Positions 21,086 through 31,408 of a stretch of 64,000 nucleotides of DNA are shown in pieces. Numbering within the stretch: position 1 is the first letter of the stretch; each line of letters opens with the position of its first letter. The stretch is from Bacillota bacterium. GTDB taxonomy: Bacteria; Bacillota; Clostridia; Oscillospirales; Ruminococcaceae. The notes below the pieces were generated by a model. It was not told where the DNA came from and made no database searches. It worked only from the letters and a program-made list of their open reading frames with translations. Made by a program: the position numbers and the translations under genes. Location: NCBI GenBank assembly GCA_023395435.1, contig JAEWZG010000061.1, forward strand, positions 14,296-78,295, written 5' to 3'.

Positions 21086-21979
21086 TTAATTCTCCCTATA
21101 TAATAACATTTTTGTCAGATCAATTAAGAAAGCTGTGTTTTCGAAATTGCCAAGTATTTTCAAAGCATGTTCTGTGAGTCGTGTAGCAATTTCTTTGGAC
21201 TTTTCAAGACCGAATAAAGTAACATATGTTGTTTTGTTGTTACTATCATCACTGTTAATCGGTTTACCAAGCTTCTCAAAAGAGCTTGTTACATCAAGTA
21301 TATCATCAATAATCTGAAATGCCTGTCCTATACTTGCAGCATATTGCCTTGCGTAATCAATCTTCTTATTATCAGCGCCAGCTAATATACATCCGATAAC
21401 ACAAGAAGCTGAAATTAAAGCTCCAGTTTTTAATGAAACAAGGCTTACCTGAGTTTCCTCGGACATTTGCTTTCCTTCATTTTCAAGATCAATAACCTGT
21501 CCGCCTATCATTCCATCAACGCCAACCATTGTAGCAAGTTCATTAACTACCTTAGTAGCACTTTCAAAAGATATATTGCCTTTTATTGCTTCGTCAGTAA
21601 TAACCTGATATGGCATCGTTGCAAGTGCATCACCAGCTAGTAGCGAAATAGCTTCACCAAAAGCCTTATGGCAGGATGGCTTCCCACGCCTGAAATCGTC
21701 ATTATCCATACAAGGTAAGTCATCATGTATGAGTGAAAAGGTATGAATCATTTCTACTGCACAGGCAATTGGTAAGACATCACTTTTTCCACCACACATC
21801 TTATAAAATTCCAATACAAGAATGGGTCTTATTCTTTTTCCTCCTGCAGATAATGAATATTCCATAGCTTTAATAACATTACCTTGTAAAAGTTCATTAT
21901 CAATAGTCATATATTCAGTAAGCTTATTATTAATCATCACACAGTAATCAGTCAGTATCTGTTTATTATCTGAATTCAT
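21086..21979 (-). CDS. ispA: Farnesyl/geranyl diphosphate synthase
   Basis: Two Asp-rich motifs: LIHDDLPCMDNDDFRRG and FQIIDDILD. Confidence 0.9.
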   Translation of the reverse strand: MNSDNKQILTDYCVMINNKLTEYMTIDNELLQGNVIKAMEYSLSAGGKRIRPILVLEFYKMCGGKSDVLPIACAVEMIHTFSLIHDDLPCMDNDDFRRGKPSCHKAFGEAISLLAGDALATMPYQVITDEAIKGNISFESATKVVNELATMVGVDGMIGGQVIDLENEGKQMSEETQVSLVSLKTGALISASCVIGCILAGADNKKIDYARQYAASIGQAFQIIDDILDVTSSFEKLGKPINSDDSNNKTTYVTLFGLEKSKEIATRLTEHALKILGNFENTAFLIDLTKMLLYREN

Positions 21980-22170
21980 ATTTCACCATTACCTATTTTC
22001 TCGTTATATTGTGTTATTTTAACCTTTGCATTATCAATCTCTTTTTTGCAGGATATTGATAACTCAATTCCTTCCTGGTAAAGCTTTATTGAATCCTCAA
22101 GAGACAATTCACCGCTCTCAAGCTTTTCAACAATTTTATTCAATTTTAAAACTGCCTCTTCAAATTTCAT
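21976..22170 (-). CDS. xseB: Exodeoxyribonuclease VII small subunit
   Basis: 64 aa (FEEAVLKLNKIVEKLESGELSLEDSIKLYQEG). Overlaps ispA and follows xseA. Confidence 0.88.
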   Translation of the reverse strand: MKFEEAVLKLNKIVEKLESGELSLEDSIKLYQEGIELSISCKKEIDNAKVKITQYNEKIGNGEI

Positions 22171-22180
22171 GCTACACCTC

Positions 22181-23368
22181 CTATGCTTTTGTTACTTTGG
22201 CTTTCAACTGTGAATCACTGAATTTAATTACTAATTCATCACCGACTTTAACATTTTTATTACTGTTAACAATAGTATTATCCTTATATACAAGAGAATA
22301 TCCACGCGAAAGAATATTCAAAGGGCTCAACGAATTAAGTAAAGATATCTTTTCACACAACTCATAATCTTTATTGTTAACTATATTTGAATAACTGTTC
22401 TTGAGCCTTAATGAAAGACTCATAACTTCTGAATTATTAAGGTCAATTATGCTTTCTGGTGATAATGACTTCAATTGTGTATTATTCTTTTGGAGAAGTA
22501 TATTACACTGATCAATTTTATTATTAATCGCACTCTTTATCCTGTATGTGTAGCCATATAAGACATCAATAAGATAATTCTTATCAGGAACAATAAGTTC
22601 AGCCGCTGCTGATGGAGTTGGTGCTCTAAAATCAGAAACAAAATCTGATAGGGATACATCTGTTTCATGCCCAACAGCAGAAACAACTGGGGTATTGCAC
22701 AAAAAGATTTGTCTGACTACCCTCTCATCACTGAAACAGAAAAGATCCTCAAATGAACCGCCACCACGTCCAATAATAAGTACATCATTATTGTCTATAT
22801 CAGCTTGTTTCAAACTCCTACACAATGAATCTGGTGCCTGTTCGCCCTGAACAATTGCAGGATAAATGGTAATACTTACAACAGGATAACGTCTTGAAAT
22901 AATTTTGAGCATATCTTGAAGTCCAGCACCTGATGCGGAAGTAATAATTCCTATTCTATCTGGTAGCTGTGGGAGTGGCTTTTTATATTCCTCATCAAAA
23001 AGTCCTTCTTTTGAAAGCTTTTCTTTAAGCTGTTCATAAGCAAGATAAAGTGCACCGTAACCTGAAGGCAGCATATCAGTAACATAAAGTTGATAAGCTC
23101 CGTCACGTTCATAAACATCAACATTTCCGGAAACTACAACACTCATACCCTCGTGTGGAATAAATTTAAGCCTTGAAGCACTTGATGAAAACATAACAGC
23201 TTTAATTAAGCTTGTTTCATCCTTTAAAGTAAAATAAAGATGACCTGATTTATAATGGTTTACGAAATTTGAAATCTCCCCCTGAACCATTACACCTTTA
23301 AGCTTAATATCACTTTTCAATTTAAAGGATATATAATTATTGAGTTGTGATATTGTCAGAATACTCAT
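22181..23368 (-). CDS. xseA: Exodeoxyribonuclease VII large subunit
   Basis: 395 aa. OB-fold N-terminus (V.GEISNF..HYKSGHLYFTLKD), GRGGGS, GHETD. Confidence 0.9.
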   Translation of the reverse strand: MSILTISQLNNYISFKLKSDIKLKGVMVQGEISNFVNHYKSGHLYFTLKDETSLIKAVMFSSSASRLKFIPHEGMSVVVSGNVDVYERDGAYQLYVTDMLPSGYGALYLAYEQLKEKLSKEGLFDEEYKKPLPQLPDRIGIITSASGAGLQDMLKIISRRYPVVSITIYPAIVQGEQAPDSLCRSLKQADIDNNDVLIIGRGGGSFEDLFCFSDERVVRQIFLCNTPVVSAVGHETDVSLSDFVSDFRAPTPSAAAELIVPDKNYLIDVLYGYTYRIKSAINNKIDQCNILLQKNNTQLKSLSPESIIDLNNSEVMSLSLRLKNSYSNIVNNKDYELCEKISLLNSLSPLNILSRGYSLVYKDNTIVNSNKNVKVGDELVIKFSDSQLKAKVTKA

Positions 23369-24298
23369 TTATTTCTCCTTTAAATATGCATATACAGCAA
23401 CACCAGTTGCATTATCGCAGGAATATTCAGGCTCAGCAAATTCACAATCAAATTTACTTTTAATATTCTGCCTTATAATTGAATTTGACATGACGCCACC
23501 AGCATACACAAGTGGAAGTTCACCATACTTTGACAATGCACGTTTTGTCATTTCTTCTATTGAAACCGATATATATTCAAGGCAAAAACGTGCAATATCC
23601 TCGTTTGATTCTTTTTTGTAAAGCATATCTCTGCATTTGTTTTCAAGTCCAGAAAGACAACAATTCATATCTTTCATTGTTGGCTTGATTATAAACTTCT
23701 TATCACTTTTAATTGCAAGTTCCTCAAGCTGTTTTCCACAAGGGAATGTCAATCCAAGCATCAGACCAACCCTATCCACAGCTTGTCCCGCCTTTAAATC
23801 GAGCGATGAAGATATCATTGAAACTCTTATTACTTCCTTATCATCTGGTTGAACATAAAGACAATCTGTTGTCCCACCACTTACATGAAAAGCAATAAAA
23901 GTAGTTTCTATATATTCAAGCTTGTTACATGAATATAAGGTGGCAAGAATATGTCCGACCTGATGTGAGGTCTTATGAATACTGCATTTAGATATTGCTG
24001 AAATGCTATCAGCATAGCTTTCACCCGCAAGAAAACATGGCATATATGAACCATCGCAATTACGTGGCCTTACAGATACTCCAACGGCTGAAATACCGTG
24101 CCTATCAATAAATAACTGCGATATAACTTCAGGTAACTGTTTTATGTGATGAAATAAAGCATCACTCTGTCGAATACCAAGCTCACCTTTTTTTACAGGA
24201 AGGAGCTTTTTATTCTGCTTAATAGAATTGGTTTCACTATTATATATTGCAACAGACGTTGTGTAGTTACTTGTATCAATGCCAAAATACTCAGGCAT
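23369..24298 (-). CDS. Kae1/TsaD-like glycoprotease-family (ASKHA fold) protein
   Basis: Start MPEYFGIDTSNYTTSVAIY at 24298, overlapping the nusB stop by 8 nt. HxxxH-like SHQVGHI. GGVMSN near the C-terminus. Confidence 0.5.
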   Translation of the reverse strand: MPEYFGIDTSNYTTSVAIYNSETNSIKQNKKLLPVKKGELGIRQSDALFHHIKQLPEVISQLFIDRHGISAVGVSVRPRNCDGSYMPCFLAGESYADSISAISKCSIHKTSHQVGHILATLYSCNKLEYIETTFIAFHVSGGTTDCLYVQPDDKEVIRVSMISSSLDLKAGQAVDRVGLMLGLTFPCGKQLEELAIKSDKKFIIKPTMKDMNCCLSGLENKCRDMLYKKESNEDIARFCLEYISVSIEEMTKRALSKYGELPLVYAGGVMSNSIIRQNIKSKFDCEFAEPEYSCDNATGVAVYAYLKEK

Positions 24299-24707
24299 TC
24301 TGTTTTCCCTCTTCACTACGTGAATATGCGCCGAGAACTCCATTAATAAATGCAACATCAGGCTCCTGTGCAAATTTCTTTGCAAGAAGTACAGCTTCGT
24401 TTATAGCAACATTCTGTGGAACTCTATTATCGTAAATAGCTTCATATAAAGCTAATCTTAAAATTGCATGATTAACCTTTGGAATTCTGTCCACAGATCT
24501 TTTTTCACTGAATTTCGTAATAATATTGTCAAGTTCAACTGCTTTATCAACTGTTTCAGAAAAAATGTTTATAACATCAGAATTTATTTTTAAATCATCA
24601 ATATTTTCAGCAAGCTCAACTATTTCATCTACTGTATCACTTCTGAACATTTTTTCAAAAATCAGGATAAAAGCTGACTCTCTATTTTCACGTCTTGAAT
24701 TTGGCAT
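24291..24707 (-). CDS. nusB: Transcription antitermination factor NusB
   Basis: 138 aa. RENRESAFILIF..., LRLALYE, INEAVLLAKKF. Confidence 0.9.
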   Translation of the reverse strand: MPNSRRENRESAFILIFEKMFRSDTVDEIVELAENIDDLKINSDVINIFSETVDKAVELDNIITKFSEKRSVDRIPKVNHAILRLALYEAIYDNRVPQNVAINEAVLLAKKFAQEPDVAFINGVLGAYSRSEEGKQNA

Positions 24708-24770
24708 ACTTTCAACTCTTTCTTTTTAATTCAAAACAAAGCAAGCCCTATAAGAGCTTGCTTTATTATA

Positions 24771-25133
24771 TTAATTTTTTTTGATATCTTCAAAAACTAC
24801 GCCCGCAATCTGTACATTTACCCTTGCTACAGCAACTCCAGTCATTGACTGAACACTAGCCTTAACATTACTCTGAATCTGTTCTGCAAGAGTTACTACC
24901 TTATGACCATACTTAACGACAACTCTTACATTGATTTCAACTACATCCCCAGCAAGTCTTATTCTTATAGAGCCCGCCTGATTAGTTTTTGAAAGAAAGC
25001 CCTTTATACTTGCATTTGAACTTGAAAGGCTGTCAACGCCATCGACTTCAAGTGTTGCGAGTCTTACAATTGTTGCTATAACACTTTCAGAAACCTTTAA
25101 TGTTCCGGTCTGCATCTTTTCGCTACGTTCCAT
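24771..25133 (-). CDS. Asp23/Gls24-family alkaline shock protein
   Basis: 120 aa (SESVIATIVRLATLEVDGV...). Conserved position upstream of nusB. Confidence 0.8.
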   Translation of the reverse strand: MERSEKMQTGTLKVSESVIATIVRLATLEVDGVDSLSSSNASIKGFLSKTNQAGSIRIRLAGDVVEINVRVVVKYGHKVVTLAEQIQSNVKASVQSMTGVAVARVNVQIAGVVFEDIKKN

Positions 25134-25239
25134 TTCGCAGCCTCCTTCTTGTGAGTCTAACGAAGGAAATTCTATGCTTCGTTAGTGCTTTTTCAAAATA
25201 CATATATAATTATTATAACATATTTTTTAAAAGACACAA

Positions 25240-25779
25240 CTATTTTACAGGAAGAATTTTTATATTTTCTCTTTCTACCTGTGTCTGGCTTAATAAAATC
25301 TCAAAAATCTGTGATGCCTGACTTGGAAGTAACACTTGACTCTTAACAACTATGTTAGCATTTGTGCCATCAAGATATACTACACAATCCTCAAACCCAG
25401 CCGCTTTAATAAGATTTTCAACTGTTTTTTCAGTTTCAACAAGCTTAGAAAGATTTACTGCTTTTTCTGTAAGCACTGCTTTTTCGCTTTCAGTGATATC
25501 TCCTCCACCGATAATACTCTGTAGTGTAGCAACAGCTTCATCTCTGGCTGTCATCCTATCAATTCTGCACTGTGCAAAGTAATCATTACCAGCAGATTCA
25601 GCATTAACAAAAGCAACATTGTCATAGCTAAAACCTGTATCCTTGATTACATCGGTTGCCTTCAAATCTTTTGCTGTTGGAGACAACAAATAATTAACAT
25701 AAATAGCAATTCCAAGAATCAAAGTAAGGCATGCAAGAATTATCTGCTTCTTTCCGATCATTAAATTTGATTTTTTCAT
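25240..25779 (-). CDS. spoIIIAH: Stage III sporulation protein AH
   Basis: Last gene of the spoIIIA operon. N-terminal TM helix and YscJ/FliF-like C-domain. ATG 25779 after GGAGA. Confidence 0.75.
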   Translation of the reverse strand: MKKSNLMIGKKQIILACLTLILGIAIYVNYLLSPTAKDLKATDVIKDTGFSYDNVAFVNAESAGNDYFAQCRIDRMTARDEAVATLQSIIGGGDITESEKAVLTEKAVNLSKLVETEKTVENLIKAAGFEDCVVYLDGTNANIVVKSQVLLPSQASQIFEILLSQTQVERENIKILPVK

Positions 25780-25891
25780 ATATAATTCTCCATTCTGCAC
25801 ATCGGCAAGTATTTAAAAAGTATAAGCTTATTAAAATATATTTAGGCTCGTATCATTTTATACTTGTTTTATTATGTTTTTTTATTTCTTA

Positions 25892-26440
25892 TTAACCTTT
25901 TGCTACGCAAATTTTATTTGACGGTATATCCAGCACTGCTGAAACAGCTCTGTATATCTTTTCACTCGTTGAAGGACTATTACCTCCTTCACAAACAACT
26001 ATAACTCCACTGACCTTTGGCTTTAATACCTTTTTGACCAGAGCCTCCTTCTCTTTGCCATTATCAATTATCACAACCTTATTCTTATAATCCTGGGATT
26101 CCTTATCTTTCCCATTATCATTTTTTGTATCATACTCCTCTGCATAAACATATTCAGTGGAACCTTCTATTGTAACCATAACCTTGACTTTGCCTACACC
26201 ATCTATTTTTTCAAGGATATTTACAAGCTGGTTTTCTATTTCATCTTGATATTCAGCAGTATTCACACTCATTGTTTTAATTTTGGCAGCTGGCTTTTTA
26301 TCACCATCTGATTTAAAGAAACCTGATAATAGAATTAATAACATTCCAATTATTCCAAGCACTACAAAAACAGTAGTTTTATTTTTCACTTTTACTTTTT
26401 CTGTCAGGTTTTTTTTAATATTTTCAATTGCTTTGTTCAT
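25892..26440 (-). CDS. spoIIIAG: Stage III sporulation protein AG
   Basis: TM helix plus ring-forming domain (VSGVIVVCEGG). ATG 26440 lies 6 nt after GGAGG. Confidence 0.75.
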   Translation of the reverse strand: MNKAIENIKKNLTEKVKVKNKTTVFVVLGIIGMLLILLSGFFKSDGDKKPAAKIKTMSVNTAEYQDEIENQLVNILEKIDGVGKVKVMVTIEGSTEYVYAEEYDTKNDNGKDKESQDYKNKVVIIDNGKEKEALVKKVLKPKVSGVIVVCEGGNSPSTSEKIYRAVSAVLDIPSNKICVAKG

Positions 26441-26924
26441 CATTATCCTCCGTATATGTAATATTAACCTGTGTGCTTCCAATCTCATTCTGAATAACTG
26501 TTTTTACTTTTGAAGAAACATTCTTATCTGTTTTAGTCAGAACAACGTCAGCACCCGTTATACTTATACACTCATTATCATCAATATCCACTTTAAGCGA
26601 AACTTTTTTTGCTCCAATATTATTTATCCTTAGTTTTTCTTCAAGATTCTTTTCTATATTAGTTTTAAAATTATCAGCAAGATTCTGAGTATAGGTTTTC
26701 ATAACAGCCTGATACTGTTCAGATTGCTCTATATCCTTACTAGAAGGAATATCAAAATCGATTTCACTATTAAGTATTGAAGAAGTTATTGCAATTATAA
26801 AAACAAGTGAAAAAATAAAACGTATCTGCTTCTTTAATTTTTCTGACGGTGTAATGATATCAAGCATTGAGATTGCTATTCCAAGAAAACACGCAATTAA
26901 TGTTATTGCTTTTAAAGTATCCAT
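26424..26924 (-). CDS. spoIIIAF: Stage III sporulation protein AF
   Basis: 166 aa, two N-terminal TM helices. Assigned by operon position. Confidence 0.7.
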   Translation of the reverse strand: MDTLKAITLIACFLGIAISMLDIITPSEKLKKQIRFIFSLVFIIAITSSILNSEIDFDIPSSKDIEQSEQYQAVMKTYTQNLADNFKTNIEKNLEEKLRINNIGAKKVSLKVDIDDNECISITGADVVLTKTDKNVSSKVKTVIQNEIGSTQVNITYTEDNDEQSN

Positions 26925-26940
26925 TTTATAGTCCCCTTTA

Positions 26941-28068
26941 TCATCCTATATTCATACTTACCAGCATCATAATAGTTGTTGCAATAATTAACATTAAAGA
27001 AAAGCATACAAGCAAGCTGATAGATATTGAGAGTACTGATGATGTATTCTTAAGAAGTGATGAAACTTTTTTTACTCCAAGCATTTCACTTATAAAGCTT
27101 CCAATAGAAATTGAAATCTTAAAAGCAACTACAGTAATTAATGGAGGAAGAATAGTAAGGAGAAGAATTACTATTCCGAAAGTACCTACTCCCGATCTTA
27201 ACAACCCTATGCTGCCTTTTACCGTTGTGTATGCGTCAGAAATAGCTCCACCAATAACCGGAATAAAACTTGAAACCAGGAACTTGCCCGTCTTAATTCC
27301 AACCGTATCCGCAGATACTCCCACAATGCTTTGAATTGTAATAAGTCCTACAAAGAATGTCATTATAAGTCCTAATGTCCATTGAAGGAATTTTTTTATT
27401 CCGCTTGTTAGTCCACTTAAAGATAAAGCAGGGTTAATAGATTCTATTATTGACATAGCAAAAAATACACCCATCATTGGTAGCAGGAAGTTCACTGATA
27501 TTTGAACTGCAATTTCTGCGACTGCTAAAACACCAATATTGTACACACTTGCTGAAGTAATAGAACCACTTGCTCCAACAACACCTGCGAACACAGGAAC
27601 ATAACACATCATAAAGTTCGATCCGTCATATAGTGTGCTTGCTGTAGTGTTGATACATTCTGCTACATAATTAAATATGATTCCAAGGCATACAAGAACA
27701 CCGATTATATCAATAACTTTTGATAATGATGAAGATGAACTCTGAATTTCAAGATTTTCAACTATAGCAAGGAGCAATACTATTCCTATTAAAATTCCAA
27801 GAAGTTTTATTGGTCTTGCTATCGTACTTTTTATCTGACCGAACAAGTATGAAAAAACATTCTTTATTGAAATCTTTGTAAACGCTGATGGATCCTCCAT
27901 AGTTATATCATTGTCATTGAAATAATCCTGTGCTCCATCTGTTATTGTTTCATCCATGTATGTACCATTATCCTCTACGAATTGTTCTTGAAGTGTTTTA
28001 TCTTCGGCATTTACTCCAATACAACATATCAGCAGAAGTAATATTATTAAAAATATTCTTTTAGCCAT
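26941..28068 (-). CDS. spoIIIAE: Stage III sporulation protein AE
   Basis: 375 aa polytopic membrane protein with signal peptide. Assigned by operon position. Confidence 0.8.
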   Translation of the reverse strand: MAKRIFLIILLLLICCIGVNAEDKTLQEQFVEDNGTYMDETITDGAQDYFNDNDITMEDPSAFTKISIKNVFSYLFGQIKSTIARPIKLLGILIGIVLLLAIVENLEIQSSSSSLSKVIDIIGVLVCLGIIFNYVAECINTTASTLYDGSNFMMCYVPVFAGVVGASGSITSASVYNIGVLAVAEIAVQISVNFLLPMMGVFFAMSIIESINPALSLSGLTSGIKKFLQWTLGLIMTFFVGLITIQSIVGVSADTVGIKTGKFLVSSFIPVIGGAISDAYTTVKGSIGLLRSGVGTFGIVILLLTILPPLITVVAFKISISIGSFISEMLGVKKVSSLLKNTSSVLSISISLLVCFSLMLIIATTIMMLVSMNIG

Positions 28069-28086
28069 AGCCTGCTCCTTTAACGT

Positions 28087-28479
28087 CTATAAACTTATTA
28101 TCCTTTTTATGATATCAACAAGCTCCGAGAACAACGGCAAAGCAATAATCAGTAATGAAATCTTGCCGGCTAATTCAAGCTCACTTGACAATACATTTTC
28201 ATTAGCATCCTTGCAATAATCACACCCAAGCTGTGTAAGATAACATATTCCTATGGCTTTGAAAATAATATCAAGATAATTTTTAGGAACACCTGAAATA
28301 TCAAAAAGACTTTCTATAGAAGAAACTATGGGAGAGAGATATGATATTACCAAAAGAAGAATAAAACCAGCAGTAGCAAGTCCTATTACCAGACCATATT
28401 CTTTATTTGTCTTATCAAAAAGCTTTATTACAATGGTAGCAACAATACATAGTCCGGTTATAGCAACAATGTTCATCAA
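28087..28479 (-). CDS. spoIIIAD: Stage III sporulation protein AD
   Basis: About 130 aa with four TM helices. Assigned by operon position. Confidence 0.75.
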   Translation of the reverse strand: MMNIVAITGLCIVATIVIKLFDKTNKEYGLVIGLATAGFILLLVISYLSPIVSSIESLFDISGVPKNYLDIIFKAIGICYLTQLGCDYCKDANENVLSSELELAGKISLLIIALPLFSELVDIIKRIISL

Positions 28480-28673
28480 TATAACCCGAATACGCTTTTT
28501 ATCGTGTCAAAAAGCGCACCGATTTCAGGTAACATCATCATTAGAACAACAATAATTCCCGCTAATGTTACCATAAAAGCCTGATCATCTCTCTCAGCTC
28601 TTTTTAATAGGGTATTAAGGACAGCTACAATAATGCCAATAGCTGCAATTTTAAAAATTAAGTCTACGTCCAT
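28476..28673 (-). CDS. spoIIIAC: Stage III sporulation protein AC
   Basis: 65 aa with two TM helices. Overlaps spoIIIAD by 4 nt. Confidence 0.75.
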   Translation of the reverse strand: MDVDLIFKIAAIGIIVAVLNTLLKRAERDDQAFMVTLAGIIVVLMMMLPEIGALFDTIKSVFGLY

Positions 28674-28685
28674 TTTATACCTCCG

Positions 28686-29195
28686 TTATATTAACATTAT
28701 TGATACAAACATTCCGCATAAAAGCCCAAGAGAGCGATACAGCTTTGATTTCTTTTCGTAAGCTTCGATTGCTTCTTTCTCAAGACGATTAAAATCAGCT
28801 TTGAAAACCTCAAGACTCTGAAGTTGTCCATCTATATCGCTTGTCCCAAGAGTACTACCAAGAGTTTTTAGGAGCTTTACGTCGCCATCATTCATAAAAG
28901 TGTTAATACTATCAATGTTCTTTTCCCAAGATGATTTAAAAGGCAATCCGACATCAGATTTGAATTCAGACAAGAAAGGCAAAGAGCATACCATCGCATT
29001 TTTTTTAAGATTATCTATCAGTTCATATACAGTAAGCGCTTTATACCTTATAAGAATAGACATTTCCTCTAACATATGACAGACTAAGCCTATTTCGATT
29101 GAGCGCTTTTTCAATTTTTCAGAACAAGTTATTCCTACCATGCTGGTAGAAATAATAATTGCTAACATTCCAATAATTTTAAACATCGCTGTCAC
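28686..29195 (-). CDS. spoIIIAB: Stage III sporulation protein AB
   Basis: 169 aa with TM helices at both ends. Assigned by operon position. Confidence 0.75.
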   Translation of the reverse strand: MTAMFKIIGMLAIIISTSMVGITCSEKLKKRSIEIGLVCHMLEEMSILIRYKALTVYELIDNLKKNAMVCSLPFLSEFKSDVGLPFKSSWEKNIDSINTFMNDGDVKLLKTLGSTLGTSDIDGQLQSLEVFKADFNRLEKEAIEAYEKKSKLYRSLGLLCGMFVSIMLI

Positions 29196-30108
29196 CTATT
29201 TTTCTGATATCAACTATCTGTCCAAGCTTGTCTTTTACACCTAACAAGACTATGTATTCAAAAGCTTTTAATGTTATAAGATCAGATATTCCCTTTTTAT
29301 CAATGGCTTCATTAATTGAGCCTGAATGTGCGGTTGCAACAATCTTTACACCTGAATTGATTGCATTTTTTAAAGCTGAGACATCCTTGTTACTCCCTAT
29401 TTCATCACAAACAATTATTTCAGGCGACATGACACGTATAGATGTGAGTATTCCTTCTGCCTTTGGATATGAATTAAAAACATCACTAAACATTCCAATA
29501 TTATTCTGAGGCTGTCCATTAATAGTTGCCGATATTTCATTTCTTTCATCTATTATTGATAATTTATTTCTATCACCAAGTTTTCTGCATAAGTCTCTTA
29601 AAACTGTTGTTTTTCCACTTGATGGTGGTCCAACAAAAAGAACACTTTTAAGATTATTTCTGAATATCTGTGAATATATATTATCTGAACAACCTATCAT
29701 CTGTCTTGCTATTCTTATATTCAATGATGAAATATCTTTTATATTTTCAATAATCCCATTTTTAATAACTGGTGTCCCGCATAAACCTATTCTGTGCCCA
29801 CCGTTAATTGTTAAAAAACCTAGAGCTATTTCATTTTGAAAACTATGTATGGAATATTTGCAGGATGCCATAAAAACATCTTCAATATCATTATTTGAAA
29901 TTCTTATTCCTTGCTCAGAATTCTTTGTCAGATTTCCGTCAATAGTAAGATAAAATTCCTCATCAATAACAGAAACGGATAAAATCTTCCCGCGTCTTAA
30001 TCTTATTTCCTGAATTGTTGATGCAGAAGAAGAAGCAATTCTGCAAACTGGTGCTTTTAAAACATCGGGTAATACAGAGATAATCTCATCAGGTATTTTG
30101 TAATTCAT
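29179..30108 (-). CDS. spoIIIAA: Stage III sporulation protein AA (secretion-type ATPase)
   Basis: Walker A GPPSSGKTT, Walker B IIVCDEIG. First gene of the operon. Confidence 0.85.
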   Translation of the reverse strand: MNYKIPDEIISVLPDVLKAPVCRIASSSASTIQEIRLRRGKILSVSVIDEEFYLTIDGNLTKNSEQGIRISNNDIEDVFMASCKYSIHSFQNEIALGFLTINGGHRIGLCGTPVIKNGIIENIKDISSLNIRIARQMIGCSDNIYSQIFRNNLKSVLFVGPPSSGKTTVLRDLCRKLGDRNKLSIIDERNEISATINGQPQNNIGMFSDVFNSYPKAEGILTSIRVMSPEIIVCDEIGSNKDVSALKNAINSGVKIVATAHSGSINEAIDKKGISDLITLKAFEYIVLLGVKDKLGQIVDIRKIGDSDV

Positions 30109-30237
30109 TTCATATCCTCCATTATGTTTGTCCTTTGTGAAATAATATGCTTGTACTCTGATAAATATACCTGTAAAATTTCTCTTTTATTTTTAATAAA
30201 AGTATGATATACTTATAAAAAATTGGAAGGAGTACTT

Positions 30238-31362
30238 ATGGACAGAAAACAATTTAAATTCATTTTTGGAACAATAGCAGCTTCAATTCTGCTTATATTT
30301 ACTTTATGGCATTATAAGGCTTTATTTGCAATTTTCTCAAAAATATTAATGATACTGCGTCCGATTATCATTGGATTTGCTATAGCATTTATTTTAAACA
30401 AGCCATATAAGAGGTTTTGCTCACTATATGAAAAGATTCCCCAAAAAAACAAGCACACTAATCTGATTTCAGTACTTTCTTTATTGACTGTTTACATTCT
30501 TTTCTTTACTTTTGTAACAGCTGTAATCATTATTGTTATCCCTCAGATTGTAAGCAGTATTGAAAAATTTGGTGAAAATATAAGTAATTATTTAACCAAC
30601 TTTAAAGACTATACTAACGATATTTATGATAAGCTCAATAATAAACTGCCTGATAATTTTAATATTCTGGATAAACTTTATGGTTACATTGAAAAAGTTC
30701 CTGACTTTTTAAGTACTTTACTTATGGGTGCGTTCGGTTTTACGCAAAGTTTAATTGGCGTTGTTATTGATATTTTCCTAAGTATTATTATTTCAATATA
30801 TTTTCTTACCAGTAAGAAAAAACTCATCCGTCAATTTAAGAAAATTATTATTGCTCTTTTTAAAGAAAAGACTTCAAAGAAAATTCTTAATGCCTTTGAA
30901 ACCACAAACGAAACCTTTTCAAACTTCGTTACAGGCCAGCTAATTGATGCATTTATTGTTGGTACACTATGCTTTATTGGAATGTCATTATTTAAATTTG
31001 AATATGCCTTTCTTATCAGCGTACTTGTTGGCGTAACAAATATTATTCCTATTGTTGGACCATTCCTTGGAACAGTACCAGGTGCATTTATTCTGTTACT
31101 TATTGATCCAATAAAAGCATTATGGTTTATTATATTTATTGTCTGCCTACAGCAAATTGACAGTAATCTTATTTATCCAAGAGTAGTAGGAACAAAAGTA
31201 GGTCTTCCTGCATTATGGGTATTGGTTGCAATAATTATTGGTGGTGGTCTGTTTGGTATATTAGGAATGCTTCTTGCTGTACCGACAATGTCACTAATTT
31301 ATGATCTAACAAGAACAAAAGTAAATACAGCACTTGAAAACAAAATGATTTCAGTCGATTAA
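30238..31362 (+). CDS. AI-2E/PerM-family transporter
   Basis: Polytopic. Motifs NIIPIVGPFLGTVPG and YPRVVG. ATG 30238 after GGAAGGAG. Confidence 0.75.
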   Translation: MDRKQFKFIFGTIAASILLIFTLWHYKALFAIFSKILMILRPIIIGFAIAFILNKPYKRFCSLYEKIPQKNKHTNLISVLSLLTVYILFFTFVTAVIIIVIPQIVSSIEKFGENISNYLTNFKDYTNDIYDKLNNKLPDNFNILDKLYGYIEKVPDFLSTLLMGAFGFTQSLIGVVIDIFLSIIISIYFLTSKKKLIRQFKKIIIALFKEKTSKKILNAFETTNETFSNFVTGQLIDAFIVGTLCFIGMSLFKFEYAFLISVLVGVTNIIPIVGPFLGTVPGAFILLLIDPIKALWFIIFIVCLQQIDSNLIYPRVVGTKVGLPALWVLVAIIIGGGLFGILGMLLAVPTMSLIYDLTRTKVNTALENKMISVD

Positions 31363-31400
31363 AAAAAGAGCCTTTAAGCAATATGCTTAAAGGCTCTTTT
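31361..31400. terminator. Bidirectional terminator between convergent genes
   Basis: AGAGCCTTTAAGC-aatat-GCTTAAAGGCTCT, flanked by an A-run and a T-run. Confidence 0.75.
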
Positions 31401-31408
31401 ATGTTATT

